Shown piece after piece: positions 1 to 13,169 of a DNA stretch of 64,000 bases. This DNA is from Azolla caroliniana. Taxonomy: Eukaryota; Plantae; Polypodiophyta. How positions within the stretch are numbered: position 1 is the stretch's first letter; every line of letters begins with the position of its first letter. The position numbers and the translations under genes were made by a program. The notes below the pieces were generated by a model. That model had not been told where the DNA came from. It searched no databases and worked only from the letters and a program-made list of their open reading frames with translations. The stretch lies in assembly GCA_043228905.1 (NCBI GenBank), contig JBHGNT010000008.1, positions 5,580,001-5,644,000 on the forward strand, given 5' to 3'.

Positions 1-19
1 CGAAGATGTAGATGCAATG

Positions 20-520
20 GCTAGCTAGCAATAGAGGAGCGAACTATGGCGGCAAGTGTTCGAAAGTGGCAGTTTTAGAAGCTACAAGTGGCTAACAACA
101 ATACCGACACCCAATGCAAGTAAAATCACCAGCAAACTGTGTAGCAAACTGTGGCAACAATTGAGGTGCGAATAGTGGTGGAAATGGAGGAGTGAACAAT
201 GGCAACAATCGAGGAGTGATCACTTGCGGGCACAAGAGAACTGAACAGTGGCGGCAACTGAGGGTACTATGCCAGCAATGGAGGAGTGAACTCAGTCGGA
301 GCGAACAATAGTAGCAATCGAGGAGCGAACAGTTGCAGGCACAAGAGGACCGAACAGTGGTAGCAACTAAGCGTACAATGGCAGCAATGGAGGAGCTAAC
401 TCAGTCAGAGCGAATAGTGGCAGCATTCGAGGACCAAACAATGGCGGCAACTGAGCAATGGTAGCAATGGAGGAGCGAATTCAATCGAAGTGAACAGTGA
501 TAGCATTCGAGCTTGAATAG
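20..520. repeat. Degenerate minisatellite (~22-24 bp subunit like GCAATCGAGGAGCGAACAGTGG, higher-order period ~109 bp)
   Basis: Recurring gcaat(c/g)gaggag(c/t)gaac motifs; cacaagag at 231 and 340 gives period 109. May continue left of the window. Confidence 0.7.
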
Positions 521-1329
521 TCACAAAATGGTGGCCAACGTTATGTGGTAATGGATCATGCATAATGAACCAGGTCCTAGGAATTTGGTATATAATTAAT
601 ATTTCAAACCAGTCTAAATTTGTTTCCATTTATGGTGCTCATTTATATAATTAAAACATTCTAGTGTTTCCATTTATGGTGCCAAACAACTAAGTCACTA
701 GTAGCTTTTGGCATAGCCAAATACCTATGTCAAGAACACATCTAATTGTTCCCTTGCCCATGATTTCACCCTATTACTAGGTTTAAACCCTTTGTCATTA
801 CATTTTTGAGCTTTCTAATTTCTCAACAATTTTCTTTTTTAAAATTACAATAGTTTCTTTCATAGTGTTATTGTTTTTCCAAACAAAAGGTAGTTGAAAA
901 TGGTGGTAGGCAAAAGTTGAATATAACTTCTAACTATTGTAATTAAGATGGATGTATCACGACGCACAATAAATTGGGCACTTAATTACATTACTGAGAA
1001 AATCATTCAAAACATTAATAGAAAACATTAGTAGAAAGTTTTATCAAAAATCATTCAAAACAAGAAATTGGGCATTCAATTAGATGATCTAGGTCCTTCT
1101 CAATATACTATGATGGTTCTGTTGTTTCGTTATTCAAGTATCCCCAATGGGCAATAGGATCAATTACTTTCTCCTACTAATGAAGAAAAAATCCGATCTT
1201 CTATAACCACGATGAATAAACAAATTATCCACTATGTGATGCTAGTATATATTATCCTTATCAAATCTATAAAAAAACAGATGTAATTTCTTTGATTCTT
1301 GTTACTATCTCAACAATTTACTACACCAC

Positions 1330-2130
1330 AAACAAGCTTTAGTTAGGAAAAAAGTATTATGGATAACATCTTTTTCTTTTGGGAGGGTATTGCCTTCACT
1401 TCCAATAGATCAGAGGCCTTAGCTATTTTGCCATTAGACTTAAAAAAATTCAATGAGTGAGATTATTGGGATTTTCTTCATGGTACTCATCTAAGACTAG
1501 GTTTTTCCTAAGAAATGGGTGGTAGGAGAGTCATCATTTTAGACAACAACAAACAATTCAATCTTGTTGGGAAGGGGTTAAAGGTGATGTAATTCAAATT
1601 TCCCAATGTGTACGAAAAAGTTGTTCATTAGCACCCGATGTACTCCTATTTTCTGTTGAAGTCGAGTTTGTTTTTGGCTTGAAAGGAATAGTTATGCCCC
1701 TTGATGCAAAAAATGTAGTGGATGCGGAATATGTTGATGTTATAGAAATGTATATAGATGGTCATCAGCTTAGGAATCTACAAGAAACGTACACTTCCTT
1801 ACAAATATTATGTACATCTTCTGGCATATCAATTAATTGGAATAAATCGAGTGGTCTTTGGGTAGCATCCGACGCTTCTCCACGTCCTAATTTCAAATGG
1901 ATTCCTGATCAAGCTATGGAAGTTTAGATATATCAGATGCCAAGTAGGATCCAATATTCACAATTTAGGTTTCCCCACATCTTGATTTCAAATGGATTCT
2001 TGATGAGGGTATGGATGTTACATATCTAGGACAAAATGCAGGATTTAATATTCACAATTTGTTGACAATTTGGAAAATGTTGGAGAAAGGCTACACTATT
2101 ATTTGTACAAAGAGTGGTAGGAGTTAGCCG
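1330..2130 (+). mobile_element. Degenerate L1-like LINE reverse transcriptase fragment
   Basis: Broken frames read AILPLDLKKFNE*DYWDFL (cf. LLDFEKAYDRVDW), VRKSCSLAP (cf. VRQGCPLAP), DAEYVDV (cf. YADD) and SGISINWNKS in ORF 1679-1927. Small internal duplication around 1890/1986. Confidence 0.7.
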
Positions 2131-3666
2131 TAAACTATTTTTTGAACCTAAGGAATAACCCATCTTATGCGCATTATATTCATAATGGGTGTGAGAGTGC
2201 AAAGGGTGAGATAGTACTTGCACCAATTTGAGTATGAAACCACCAAAAACCATGTAGAAGTTTAGGTTATCTATAAGACTTAATTGTAATAGGGACCTTC
2301 GCAGATCTATGTACAGTTCATCTAGCGAGAAGTACATGTCCTAGTTTTTGTTATTTACGGAAACGGCATTGATCATTAATCACCAGAAAGAGAGAAAACA
2401 TTAATGAGACAATAGCACATATGTATGTACATAAGAGACAAGAAAAAAACAATTGCCCAAATGTGAAGAAACTAGGGAAGGGCAATTTGGGAATATGAAG
2501 AATAATTATCTATCCAAAGTGGGTTTTTGGGGATGGGGAAGGGCATTTCCGAGATTTCGAAAACTCAGGAAAACAAATTTTTATGCTAAATATTAAATAA
2601 ATTGCAGATAAAATCAAGACTGCTGTCTTCTTATTTTTCTGTCATCAAATTTCAAGCCTACGAAAACTGAGAAAAACAGAGCATTTTAAATTTGGCCTTT
2701 TTTTTTTTTAATTCTTCTTTTCTTTATATACATTAATTCCATGCTTCTTCATTCCATCTCTATACATGAAATAAATTTAATGAAATTAAAAATCAAAAGA
2801 AAAACAGAACCAGAAACAAAACAAAACATAGAAAGAGCTACAAAATGTCGGCGCAATTTGGATCGTTTTCATTGGTGCGATGTTGAGCCTGTGTGGAGGA
2901 AATTAATCAGTCAATGAATTCAAATCCAATAATTAATTGATTAATTACTTAAAATCCCATCTATGTATATGGAGCTCATTAATAAAGAAAACAAAAGATT
3001 GAATGAATTAACAGGAAGACAGGAAATGAATTAACTAATTAATTAAAACATAGATATATATATATATATATATGTAAGGAATTAATTAGATCACACTTAT
3101 ATAGGTGTGTATCCATATGAATGAGGAATTAATGAGTTAATTGAATAGCTCATGAATTTGATTGATTGTTTAATGTTGAAAGAGATTCCATTAATTTTGA
3201 TTTGTTTTTCGTTTTTGGTGAGAATAGGAAGTGATGATGGGATAGGGGGACAGAATCGATGAAATTAAGGAATTAAATAGGTTTTAGATAGAACGAATGA
3301 GGGGAGCAGCAGCAGGGTTTCTAATCACAATAACAGAAAAATAAAAAATAAAAAACAACTAAATCAAATCAAATTAAATTTTGCTGTTATTATTAATTGA
3401 ACGAATGGTCCAAATTTTTTCTGGGTTTTGTTTCTTGAGGGCCGGAAATATTAATGAATGGTAATTAAAGGCTCTCTCTCTGTATTGGGTTTCTTGTTTC
3501 TTGGTTTGCTTTTTGCTTTTTGTTTCTTGTTTCTTGTTTTTTGCGTTTTGCGTTTTGCTTTTGCGTTTTGCTTTTTGCTTTTTGCTTCTTGTTTCTTGTT
3601 TCTAAGATGTTTTTTGTTTTTTGTTTTTTGGGCGAAATTATGGAAGAGGAAGAAAAAAAAAAATAC

Positions 3667-3876
3667 TCAGTAAATTTTTTTTTGGGTTATTTGTTTTCTG
3701 TGTTTACGAATTGGGATTAAAAAGCTCGCTCTGTTTTGCTTTTCTGCAGGTTTCACACCTGAGGAGGAATTGGGCGCGCGGCTGTTCCAATTGCGCTTGC
3801 GATGGTTGATGAACCAATTATTGATCTGTCGCATCTCCAGCCCTGTCTCATCCATCATTCTCTTCTTCTCATCTTC
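3667..3876 (-). CDS. KNOX2: Class II KNOX homeobox gene, exon 5 (homeodomain helices 2-3 and C-terminus)
   Basis: AG acceptor at 3878-3877; reads [32 protein letters not shown]...IY*. A further small 3' intron after SSG cannot be excluded. Confidence 0.85.
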   Translation of the reverse strand, partial: EDEKKRMMDETGLEMRQINNWFINHRKRNWNSRAPNSSSGVKPAEKQNRASFLIPIRKHRKQITQKKIY

Positions 3877-4069
3877 CTATATTAATAATAATAATAAACA
3901 CAGACACACACACAGATCTGATCACACACATAATTCATTCATACATCTTCATCTATTCAATTCTATTCTATTCTGTGTATGTATAATATACTATTATACA
4001 CCCACATCATCAATCATGCATCATTATTTCTGTAATTCATTCATATGATCAATGGCATATATGTATATA

Positions 4070-4520
4070 TCCTCATGATTATTAACCAACTTAAGTCTCT
4101 CCTCAAGATCATCATTTGTCTGTCCCAATCATGAGGAGGAAGACAGAATCACATTTTCTTTGGAATTTTATACATATATATATATATATATAGTCAATGA
4201 TGGATCTCTACTCATTGGACACACCATTACATGAACATTCCAATGATTAATCTCGATGAAATTTTTATTACTTCATCAATCATCATTCACTATTTATGTA
4301 ATAATGGATTCATGATTAAGGACATAGACATCTCATCATCATGATTAACTCTCTCCTCAAGATCATCATTGTCTCTCTCAATCATCATGGATTCATGAGG
4401 AAGAGTAACTGAGTAATATGTTTAGATTTGTATAAAAATGAAAGGGCCAAGCTCAATGATGATCTACTCATTGGACACACCATTACATGAATATGCCAAT
4501 TATCAATCTCAATGAAAATC
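4070..4520. repeat. Diverged tandem duplication (~260 bp) in KNOX intron 4
   Basis: ctctcctcaagatcatcatt and tctactcattggacacaccattacatgaa each occur twice about 255-260 bp apart. Confidence 0.75.
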
Positions 4521-6691
4521 TGATACATAAAACTTTGAAAATAATACACACACAAACAAACAAACAAACAAATATGTATGCATACATTAAATGAGATCCC
4601 TTGCAATGTTATTATCCCAATACACTACTCTCACATATATTTTACTATGATGATGAGGTACAATTGAAAGAAAACTCAATGATAAACCATAAATTAACTA
4701 TCATTTCTCCATGAGCTGATCTTGATCTATTGGAATCAACAACAAAAAGAAAAAACAAATGTCTTAGGAATCAACACATAAATTGATATTCATCTTCTAA
4801 TATAATCTTTGTTCTTCTGAGTCGCTAATTAATCTACATTTCGGTAAATACTCATTCTTAGGGCATAAGATATCCTAGTAAAGAAGACTATATATCTTCG
4901 CACCAATATGTATATATGTCGCCCTAAACAAGCCTTTTCCATGATCATCATCAATAATGAGGAACATTTGAAACATGGTTTCTATGACTAAGAAAGTGAG
5001 ATGTTATATTTGATGGTCAAGGCAAGTGCCTATTATGGGTAAAAATCCGATTTCTCACCAAATCTAGTTCAAAGTTGGGCTAGAACTAATTACTCCGAGC
5101 TATGTTATATTTGAAATGTTCATATATGTGATATGTTGATACATGCACATACACATACATTTATATATTGATTGCATATGTGAGTAACATCTTTAAGGTT
5201 CCGATTTATGGGCACCAACAAAATGTGAGAAACATCCCATTAATTCTTTACCATAAAAAATGGCATGGATTTCATAATGTTGGTTTCCCATCGTTTTAGC
5301 CATTAAAAGTACATCATATATCGGCCTTTCGCAAGCTTTCTGTGACACTACTACGAAATGTGGTTTCCATGATTAATTAATAAAAGCTCATGCAATCATA
5401 ATACAATAAGAGTTGTGGGGTAAACACATTGATAAATGATAATGCCAAATTATGAAACCTGGTTTCTATGATAAACAAATGCACAATATGGATATACGTT
5501 TCCACAATATAACATTAATGCACAAAATGTACTCACCCAATAAGATTATCATGTAGTTTAGAATCAATTATTGTTGCTTGTATTTTAAATATATCTAACC
5601 ATTTATTGTTTATGATTGGAAATGAGATGCATAAAATGCACATATTTTGAAAGTGCACCATGCATTATAACGAAATCCCTCATGCAATGCAATACAATAT
5701 GAAATAATGGTTTCGTTGATTAATACTATAATATCTAGTACTAGTGTTGCGCGTCTAGATACTGAAATGGAAGGATTGAACTTTCGTTTGTTAACTAATT
5801 AGCCCCAATAGAAATTTGCATTTACAATATAAAACTTTTAAACATAGTTATTTTTTAGTGGAACACAAACTTTGATTCGAAATTGTTGAGTAAAAAGTTG
5901 ACTTTAAGGAAAGACATTTCAAAAACGGGGAGTCAATTTCATAGGCTCAAACTCAAACATAAAAGATATATTACTACAATTTACAACTATGGAAGGATCT
6001 CCCGAACTTACCCCACGTTCTAGCTAGTATTATCTAACTAGCCTAGAATCAAGGTCTAGGCCGTCAAGGTCATGAGCATCTTCCTTATTGTTGGTGGGAT
6101 GAGTAAGGGGTATTCATAAACCTACTAGTGAATACCAAATGAGCGGACAAATCAAGCGCTAAACCTAATTTATCTAAATGCACAAAAAACTTGTTGAGTC
6201 TCACTTAGTCAATCTTAATAACTTAATGTTAGCTATTAAGGAAATATGTAAACAAGGAAGAGTCGATTAATAGGCACCACATGTAAAGTATAATGTGAAA
6301 ATACGATTTCCTTTATGACACTAATTTCAGGCACTACCATTGACAAATAGAATAAGAAAGCCATTGCATTATTGTTATCGTCATAACGACCATTAAAATA
6401 TTAAACTCTCAAAGGATATTATGTTTTGTTTATTATTAAGATTACTGGGTTAATATTTGTCATTAGTTGGTATGTTTAATAATTTGAAACACTAATATGG
6501 CCTAACAAATCACTTTGTGCAGCTATGTTGAGTATTAGTTTGCAACGCTAATATGACCTAACTTTCCGCAACTATGTGTGGGGAAATATGGTGGCTACCT
6601 TGGCTCTTAATTATGATGATGAGCAATAATTTGGCTATCGACCTTCATTACGATGATATCTATGAGAACTTGACGAACTAAAAGTAACGTC

Positions 6692-6846
6692 ACCGGAAAT
6701 AAGAGAAACATTGTGAGTTTTAATTTCAAGCCAATTTCAAGGACTCACAACCTTTGGAATTCTAAAAACCGGAAATAAGAGAAACATTGTGAGTTTTAAT
6801 TTCAAGCCAATTTCAAGGATTCAAAACCTATGGAATTCTCAAAACT
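6692..6846. repeat. 76-bp tandem duplication in KNOX intron 4
   Basis: accggaaataagagaaacattgtgagttttaatttcaagccaatttcaagga at 6692 and 6768. Confidence 0.85.
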
Positions 6847-9808
6847 GTTTATAGTTAGTAAGTCCAAGAGGTCCTTTTGGTTACTTTTTACCACATGCAA
6901 GGTATTTTGTACTTGGCTCCCACATTTTGCCAATCTGTTATCAGATGTATTGGCACTATCAAGATTAAGGCAATCGCGACGATGATACTGGTGTGACAAC
7001 AATACTAGTAAAAATCAGTGCACGTATATTACAAATTAAACACATTGATACATTTATCAATTTCTAGTCTTTTAATGTAATGAGTAATGGCTAGGGATGT
7101 CAAAGAGACTAATATGAAAGCTCGAATAATCATATGATAATATGAAGAACCTTATTTTTGAAGAATATAAGGATGAAGATAGATTCATCATGTCGATTGA
7201 GTATTTAAATTGGGCAATGGAAACAAGTATAATTTAGTCTCAATTTTGGAATTTATATGGAAATTAACAAGAAGCAATATTCTCTAAAATCTTCTTTAAT
7301 GGGAAGTTAACTATGTGCTAGTAGTGCACTATTTACACGAATTGTTATCATGAAAAACATAATTGACCCAACCTTAGTAATGATCATAAGAGCAAGATCA
7401 AGCCTCATAGTTTAAATGGATCATACAAAAAAAAAAACCATTACATCTATATATCATTATACAACTATTGCATCCAATATATGTCAGAGTGACACAATCC
7501 GAGCAACAAGGCATGTGATGACTAAAGTTAATGCATGCATCAAATTTGGTCCCTCATGGGAAATGACGAACGAATATGTGACCATGATCTTATTATGGAC
7601 GTCAATTAGTTAATGGACGTCCTTGGTGATTGTAGATCATGATCTATGGTCGTTTATAGTCTAAAGAAATTTGGTCATTTGAAGCTAGTAGGTAGCTAAA
7701 TTAAACTCCTTTCTATGGTGTTTCATGTATTCCTAATGCTCAAAAGTTAGTAAATTACCATTCATATTAGGCATGATTATCTTTAGAGATGATGCTATAA
7801 TGTCCCCCAAGAGTACTGACCCATGATTGCAAACCAAGTTTAAATCCAAGTACTATGTGTCTAACAAATGGACCGCAATCGCTCGTGTAGCATCGAATTA
7901 GCACACAAGCATTCGATTAGGGTACCAATAGGATGATTATCATCAAGTTCATATACATTAATAAAGCAATCCAATACATAATACACAATCAAGATTGCAA
8001 ATCTTATAGACTCTATATCAATGGTTCTAACATAAGTTCTATAGCAAGGGGAGGCTTATACCATATATTAGAAGGCTTCAATTCTACCCTAAGATTGAAT
8101 AATATGTGCAATGTGGCTGAATTGCAGTATATTGTTGGATGATTTCAAAAGCCATGTTACTACGGTCGGTCATGATCAATCGATTACATATATGAATCTT
8201 ATGATCAATTATACGAGAATCACACCACGCATCACATGATGTTAATGCAAGGTGATCATGCCCACGGAGACTACTCCACATGAGATTAATATTGTTCATG
8301 ATGAAATCGTGAACAATATTGTACCTCAATGACTATCATTTATCGAATCGGTGTTTATAATAATTACATTGATCCCAATGTATAAATAATTGGGTATAAA
8401 CTAGTTGAAGGATACCATAATGATCAGTAGAAGTCAAATTTAATGTAGTAAAATATGACTATATATATATATATATGTATGTATGTATGTTTTGCATAAT
8501 AATTTGTTCATGACCATAAATATATTTCCATATAATGCATTCCTTTTGTACTGTTTTAAATTCAGGTGCAGATGATAATTTCCAGTAATAAGGGTGTGGT
8601 GATCTCTACCTAGACAGCTTGATCCACCACTTTAATGGGGCCTTGTAGAAGATAATGTGACACAAATTGCAGCATTATACTGTGTTTAATGGAGTTCAGC
8701 AGATGCTCTTCAATTAGGTGACACAAATTTCAGCCTTATCTTGCAGTGATTCTAATGGAGCCTACAGTATAACTAGCAATATTTTTTGAGCAAATAATTA
8801 TGTGACAATCACAGCTTTGTGAGACTGTAATGGAGTCTTCTGCAATTTGCCAGCAATAATTATTGTGAGAAACTTTATGTCCCACATTTGTGATTAATTG
8901 AATCCATTCTATTTAATTCATGGTGTAATGTTAATTTGTCTTCTAATGATCATATAACTTATGTATTTCACCGATGATCTCATTGCAGCAATCAATTTTA
9001 GAAGTGATGCCCACAGGCTACTACATTGAGATTGTGGATGACCATATTGATTAATTCTAATTGTTTGAACTCCATTAAACTAGAATCGGCCATTGAAATT
9101 ATAAGGTTTTTCATGGATTTAACAAACCATGCATTCAATACCATAGCTACCCAAAGCTCAATCTTTCGATAATGTCCGTTAATTAGGAGAAAATCGGACG
9201 AAACAGATCGAAAGCTAGAGATGGAGATATTAACATGCAGGAATGTGGCTCATGATCAAAGCCATTAAACCTAATTCACCATGGATCAATGGTTGCACCC
9301 AACATAGGCCCTTCCATAATCCAATATATGGATGAGTTTGACAGGCATGTAATTTCGGTAATTCGATTTACATGGCCGGGCGGGGGGGGGGGGGGGGGGG
9401 GGGTAAATATTGATTTTAACATTAACATCAACAATTCAATTCTCTTGGCCTGCCTAGGTGAAGAAGCATAATGATTAATTACCTGTTAGGATTTACATTT
9501 TAATCACCTAGTCTCCTACCATACCGATGTTTCCATATGTATAACATCTGGGAGGAGAATAACTAGTTGGCTAATTCATCGATCCATTTAACTATCTCAT
9601 AATTGATTAGTTGGTTGTATTGATATATATAAATGCAAAGGCCATACTTTAGTCCAAATTCACTTAATGTACACTATATGCAAGCAACCTTATAAGAATG
9701 ACTTTATAAACAGCAAAAATTGTTAATTAAACCAGCTAATTCTGAAGTCAATTTATAAATTACTGCTTAATTTTGCATTAATGGGATGCATAGAAGTTCG
9801 AGACTAAC

Positions 9809-9937
9809 CGTTGGATAAGGCCATTTTGAGTGTGCATTCCACCACTTCTTTAGAACTGTGACATCTCCGGGAAGTTTCCCAGCGAGCCGCTTCCTAATGA
9901 TCTCATCTCTTATCGCAACAATGCTTTCTCGATATCT
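9809..9937 (-). CDS. KNOX2: Class II KNOX exon 4 (end of ELK, homeodomain helix 1, TALE PYP loop)
   Basis: AG..GT bounded, 129 nt, phase 0/0; [43 protein letters not shown]. The intron inside ELK and the AGKLPGD/HSKWPYP motifs are class II hallmarks. Confidence 0.93.
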
Positions 9938-10185
9938 CTACATTAATGCATATCGAAACGATCATAAATATAACTTGGTATATACATAAGGATCGCATAT
10001 ATATTTTTCAATCGAAACTAGATAGATCACAATCACAATTCAAGATATAATTATATTATAGAATGACACATTTGGAGTAACTATAGAATGTGTGCTATCA
10101 ATGTATAATGGAATTATATATAGCACTTGGAATTATGTGTGGGTTGGTTACCAACTAGGGTTAGTATAATAAGACCCCTTCTTAC

Positions 10186-10361
10186 ATCTTTTAGCTTGTG
10201 TTTGAGCTCCATCCGCACATACTCGAAGAGCGATCGATCAATGTCATAAAGTGGATCTACGCCACAATCGACTTCTCCTAAGTCGTGGTCCGAAGACGTG
10301 TACTCCTCATTCAATTCATGGTTTGCATTTCGTGCATTCGATATGTCATCCGGAGAAGCTC
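10186..10361 (-). CDS. KNOX2: Class II KNOX exon 3 (acidic linker and start of ELK domain)
   Basis: AG..GT bounded, 176 nt, phase 1/0; (G)ASPDD...DRSLFEYVRMELKHKLKD (cf. ERSLMERVRQELKHELKQ). Confidence 0.92.
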
Positions 10362-10680
10362 CTACATAGATATATATATATATATGTATATATATATTAT
10401 TGTATAGTTTAAAAGTAATCACAATTTATTAGACATATCATGTTATGATTAATCGATCGATTGATCAAATGAATATGCGAACGAACGGAACAAGAAATAT
10501 AGATCAATTTGTGTGGATTCGATCGATCGCATTTTGATTCGAAGGGCAATAATAATAACAATCGATTCGAGACAATTGGCAACGAGAATTAGCGATATCG
10601 CGTACAAATATAGGGGCCGCATTCGCGTGCGTAAAATGATCCAAATGATCCCTATATTTTAAAATCAAGAGTTAGAGTAC

Positions 10681-10801
10681 CCGTCAAATCGCAGAATGCT
10701 TGTTCGAGTTCACAGAGAGCATCCATGGCGTTACTCGATTGAGGTATGACATACTCCTCCAAGTGCCTTCGAAGGATCATGAGCAATTGCAAGTAATTCT
10801 C
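10681..10801 (-). CDS. KNOX2: Class II KNOX exon 2 (KNOX2 subdomain of MEINOX)
   Basis: AG..GT bounded, 121 nt, phase 0/1; ENYLQLLMILRRHLEEYVIPQSSNAMDALCELEQAFCDLTG. Confidence 0.9.
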
Positions 10802-11097
10802 CTGATTTGTATCGGAATCGAGAACAAACAAAAAAAAAGAAAAACAAATTTATTTTGGAGTTTGATTATAGTGACCCAAAATGCTAGGTAAGCTGAGCAA
10901 AACAGTGTAATTGGACATATTATTCAAATCTTGGGGTAGAATTGAAGCCTTTAATAATATAAAACCTAATATATGGTATAAGTCTCCCAGTAGCTACACA
11001 ACTTATGTTAGAATCATCGATATATACGGTGGCAGAGGCCGACACGCGAAAACATTGGAAGCCTAGGCCACACGAAAACATTGGAAGCCTAGGCATT

Positions 11098-11266
11098 TGG
11101 GTTTAGGGGGTTTAGGGTTTTTTTAGGGGGTTTAGGGCTTTTTAGGGGTTTAGGGTGTTTAGGGTTTTTTAGGGATTAGGGATTAGGGATTAGGGTTTAG
11201 GGATTAGGGATTAGGGATTAGGGATTAGGGATTAGAGGGATTAGGGATTAGAGGGATTAGGGATTA
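11098..11266 (+). repeat. Interstitial telomere-like array (GGGTTTA / GGGATTA) in KNOX intron 1
   Basis: About 20 heptamer-like units grading from TTTAGGG to ATTAGGG, ending ~23 bp from the exon 1 donor. Preceded by a 26-bp duplication at 11043-11094. Confidence 0.9.
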
Positions 11267-11289
11267 AGGTTGATGCAAATCGGGCTCAC

Positions 11290-11402
11290 CATGAATTCGT
11301 CGATGTTTTCCTTGGGGGAGCTTCGGATTAGGTGCGGGGAGGAGAGGAGCTTGTTGTTGGTGTTGTTGGGCGGGATGCCGGACATGGGGATGGAGGAGCT
11401 TG

Positions 11403-11440
<38 letters not shown>

Positions 11441-11918
11441 GAGGAGGTGGTGGTGGTGGTGTCATGGTGGTGCTGATGGTGATGGTGGTGGTGGTGGTGG
11501 TGGTCATCGTCCTTACTGAGCATGAGGTACTTGATGGCGACACTGTGGGTGTTGGCGAGCTGGTCCTCGAGGGCGCGCACCTGCTCAGGCGGGAGGCCGA
11601 CGCTGAGGCATTGGACGTGCGCGCGTAGGAGGTGCTCGAAGAGCGGGTGCGAGACCATGTCCGCCTTCAGCTTGGCCGACAATCGGAGCTCATCGATAAC
11701 ATGAAGGAATTCATGTCCGGGCGAGGAGGAGGAGGAGGAGCCGCCCAGGCCCGGGCCCCCGCCCCCGCCATTGTGGCCACTCATATTTCCACCAAAATTA
11801 GGGTTGTAATTGTGATGAATGTTTAGGGTTGCTGTAGCAGCCCCATATTGCATGGATTCGGGCGCATTTAGGGTTATGTTACTGCTACTGCTACTGCTAC
11901 TGTGCGCATTCTGTAGAT

Positions 11919-11949
<31 letters not shown>

Positions 11950-12057
11950 GTTATAGATTGAAGCAAAATTGCTGCTGTTCTCCTCTAATCTGTTGTTGTT
12001 ATTGCTCTGCTGATGCAGCGCTGAGGAGCTTGGAAAGAATGGTCGCTCGTGAGCCAT
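11290..12057 (-). CDS. KNOX2: Class II KNOX exon 1 (low-complexity N-terminus, KNOX1 subdomain)
   Basis: ATG at 12057; KLKADMVSHPLFEHLLRAHVQCLSVGLPPEQ (KNOX1); ends IDEFM|GTGAG donor at the conserved KNOX intron position. Five exons sum to 1404 nt, in frame. Confidence 0.9.
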
Positions 12058-12917
12058 TTCTTTCTCTCTCTCTCTCTCTCTTTTCTTTCTTTCTTTTTTA
12101 AATCTTTCCGTTTAAATTTTGCTTTTCTTTTTATTTCTTTTAATCTTTCTCCTCCTTTCTTTTGCTTTTCTCTTTTAGATTTCTGTTTTCTTTTTGGGTT
12201 TTCTGATTATTTCGGGGGCGTGGATTTAGTATACAGTATATAGGGTCGATTCTCTTCCACGATGATCATGAAGTGGCCCCCTGCGGCGGATTGGATCTGC
12301 ACAGACCAAAGAAAAATCAAACACTGAAGTGTAGCGATGGCGGAAAATTTTGCAGAAATTTCATGCGTGAAGTGAAAATCTGCAGAATTAATTCGACAAC
12401 TGATGATGAGGAAGCAGGGAAAAAAAGCACAGAAAATCTATGAAGTATACTAGTAGGCGATTTGAAATCAATCCCAGAGGGAGATGAAATTGAGCCAAAA
12501 GATTCAGAGGACTGATTATTAAGGTTAAACTATCTGGAATTCAGATGGTACCTTGCAGTAGGGTTGCGCTTAAATATTTAGTTAAAGATTTGAGTTTAGG
12601 GTTAATTAGGGTTTAGCTCAGGACTAGCAGTGTTAAAAAAAAAATGATAGCTGGTTATTAGGGTATGAGGTCACAACCAAGCTATAAAAACCAAAAGGTG
12701 AATGGATTTTGGAGATATGGTTACTGTAGCAGATTGAGTATGCAGGAGGGGGGGGTAAGGGTGGTTATAATCATAGCCAAAAAAAAAAAAGGCATGGAAA
12801 ATCAGGGGGTTAGGGCTAGGGTTTTAGCAAAAATACCAACAGGACCGTGGAAGCTCTGTCAAATTCCAATGGGGTTGGGTAGGGCAGGCTAATAATGGAG
12901 GTTCAGCTCACCACTCC

Positions 12918-13100
12918 CTTAGGGCTAGGGCTAGGGCTAGGGTTAGGGTTAGGGTTAGGGTTTCTAGTGTTAGCAAAAGAATTGCTGAGGCTTTGTCAAA
13001 TGTGATCGAGTACTAGGTATTGTGATGCAGGTAAACAAGAGCAGCAGTATTAGGGTTAGGGTTAGGGTTAAGGTTTAGGGTTTAGGGCGTAGGACTAGGG
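12918..13100 (+). repeat. Telo-box-like clusters (TTAGGG/CTAGGG/TTTAGGG) upstream of KNOX
   Basis: (ctaggg)n(ttaggg)n at ~12918-12963 and ttaggg/tttaggg at ~13050-13100. Confidence 0.8.
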
Positions 13101-13169
13101 TAATGCTTGTGTGTATGTAGGGTTTTGGAGGGGAAACAGGGAACAAGAAAAAATATAAGAAAGATCAAG

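Noticed and set aside
3458-3809. Hydrophobic Phe/Leu ORFs on the + strand
   Set aside because: Antisense to the A-rich KNOX 3' region; low-complexity (TTTTGC)n.
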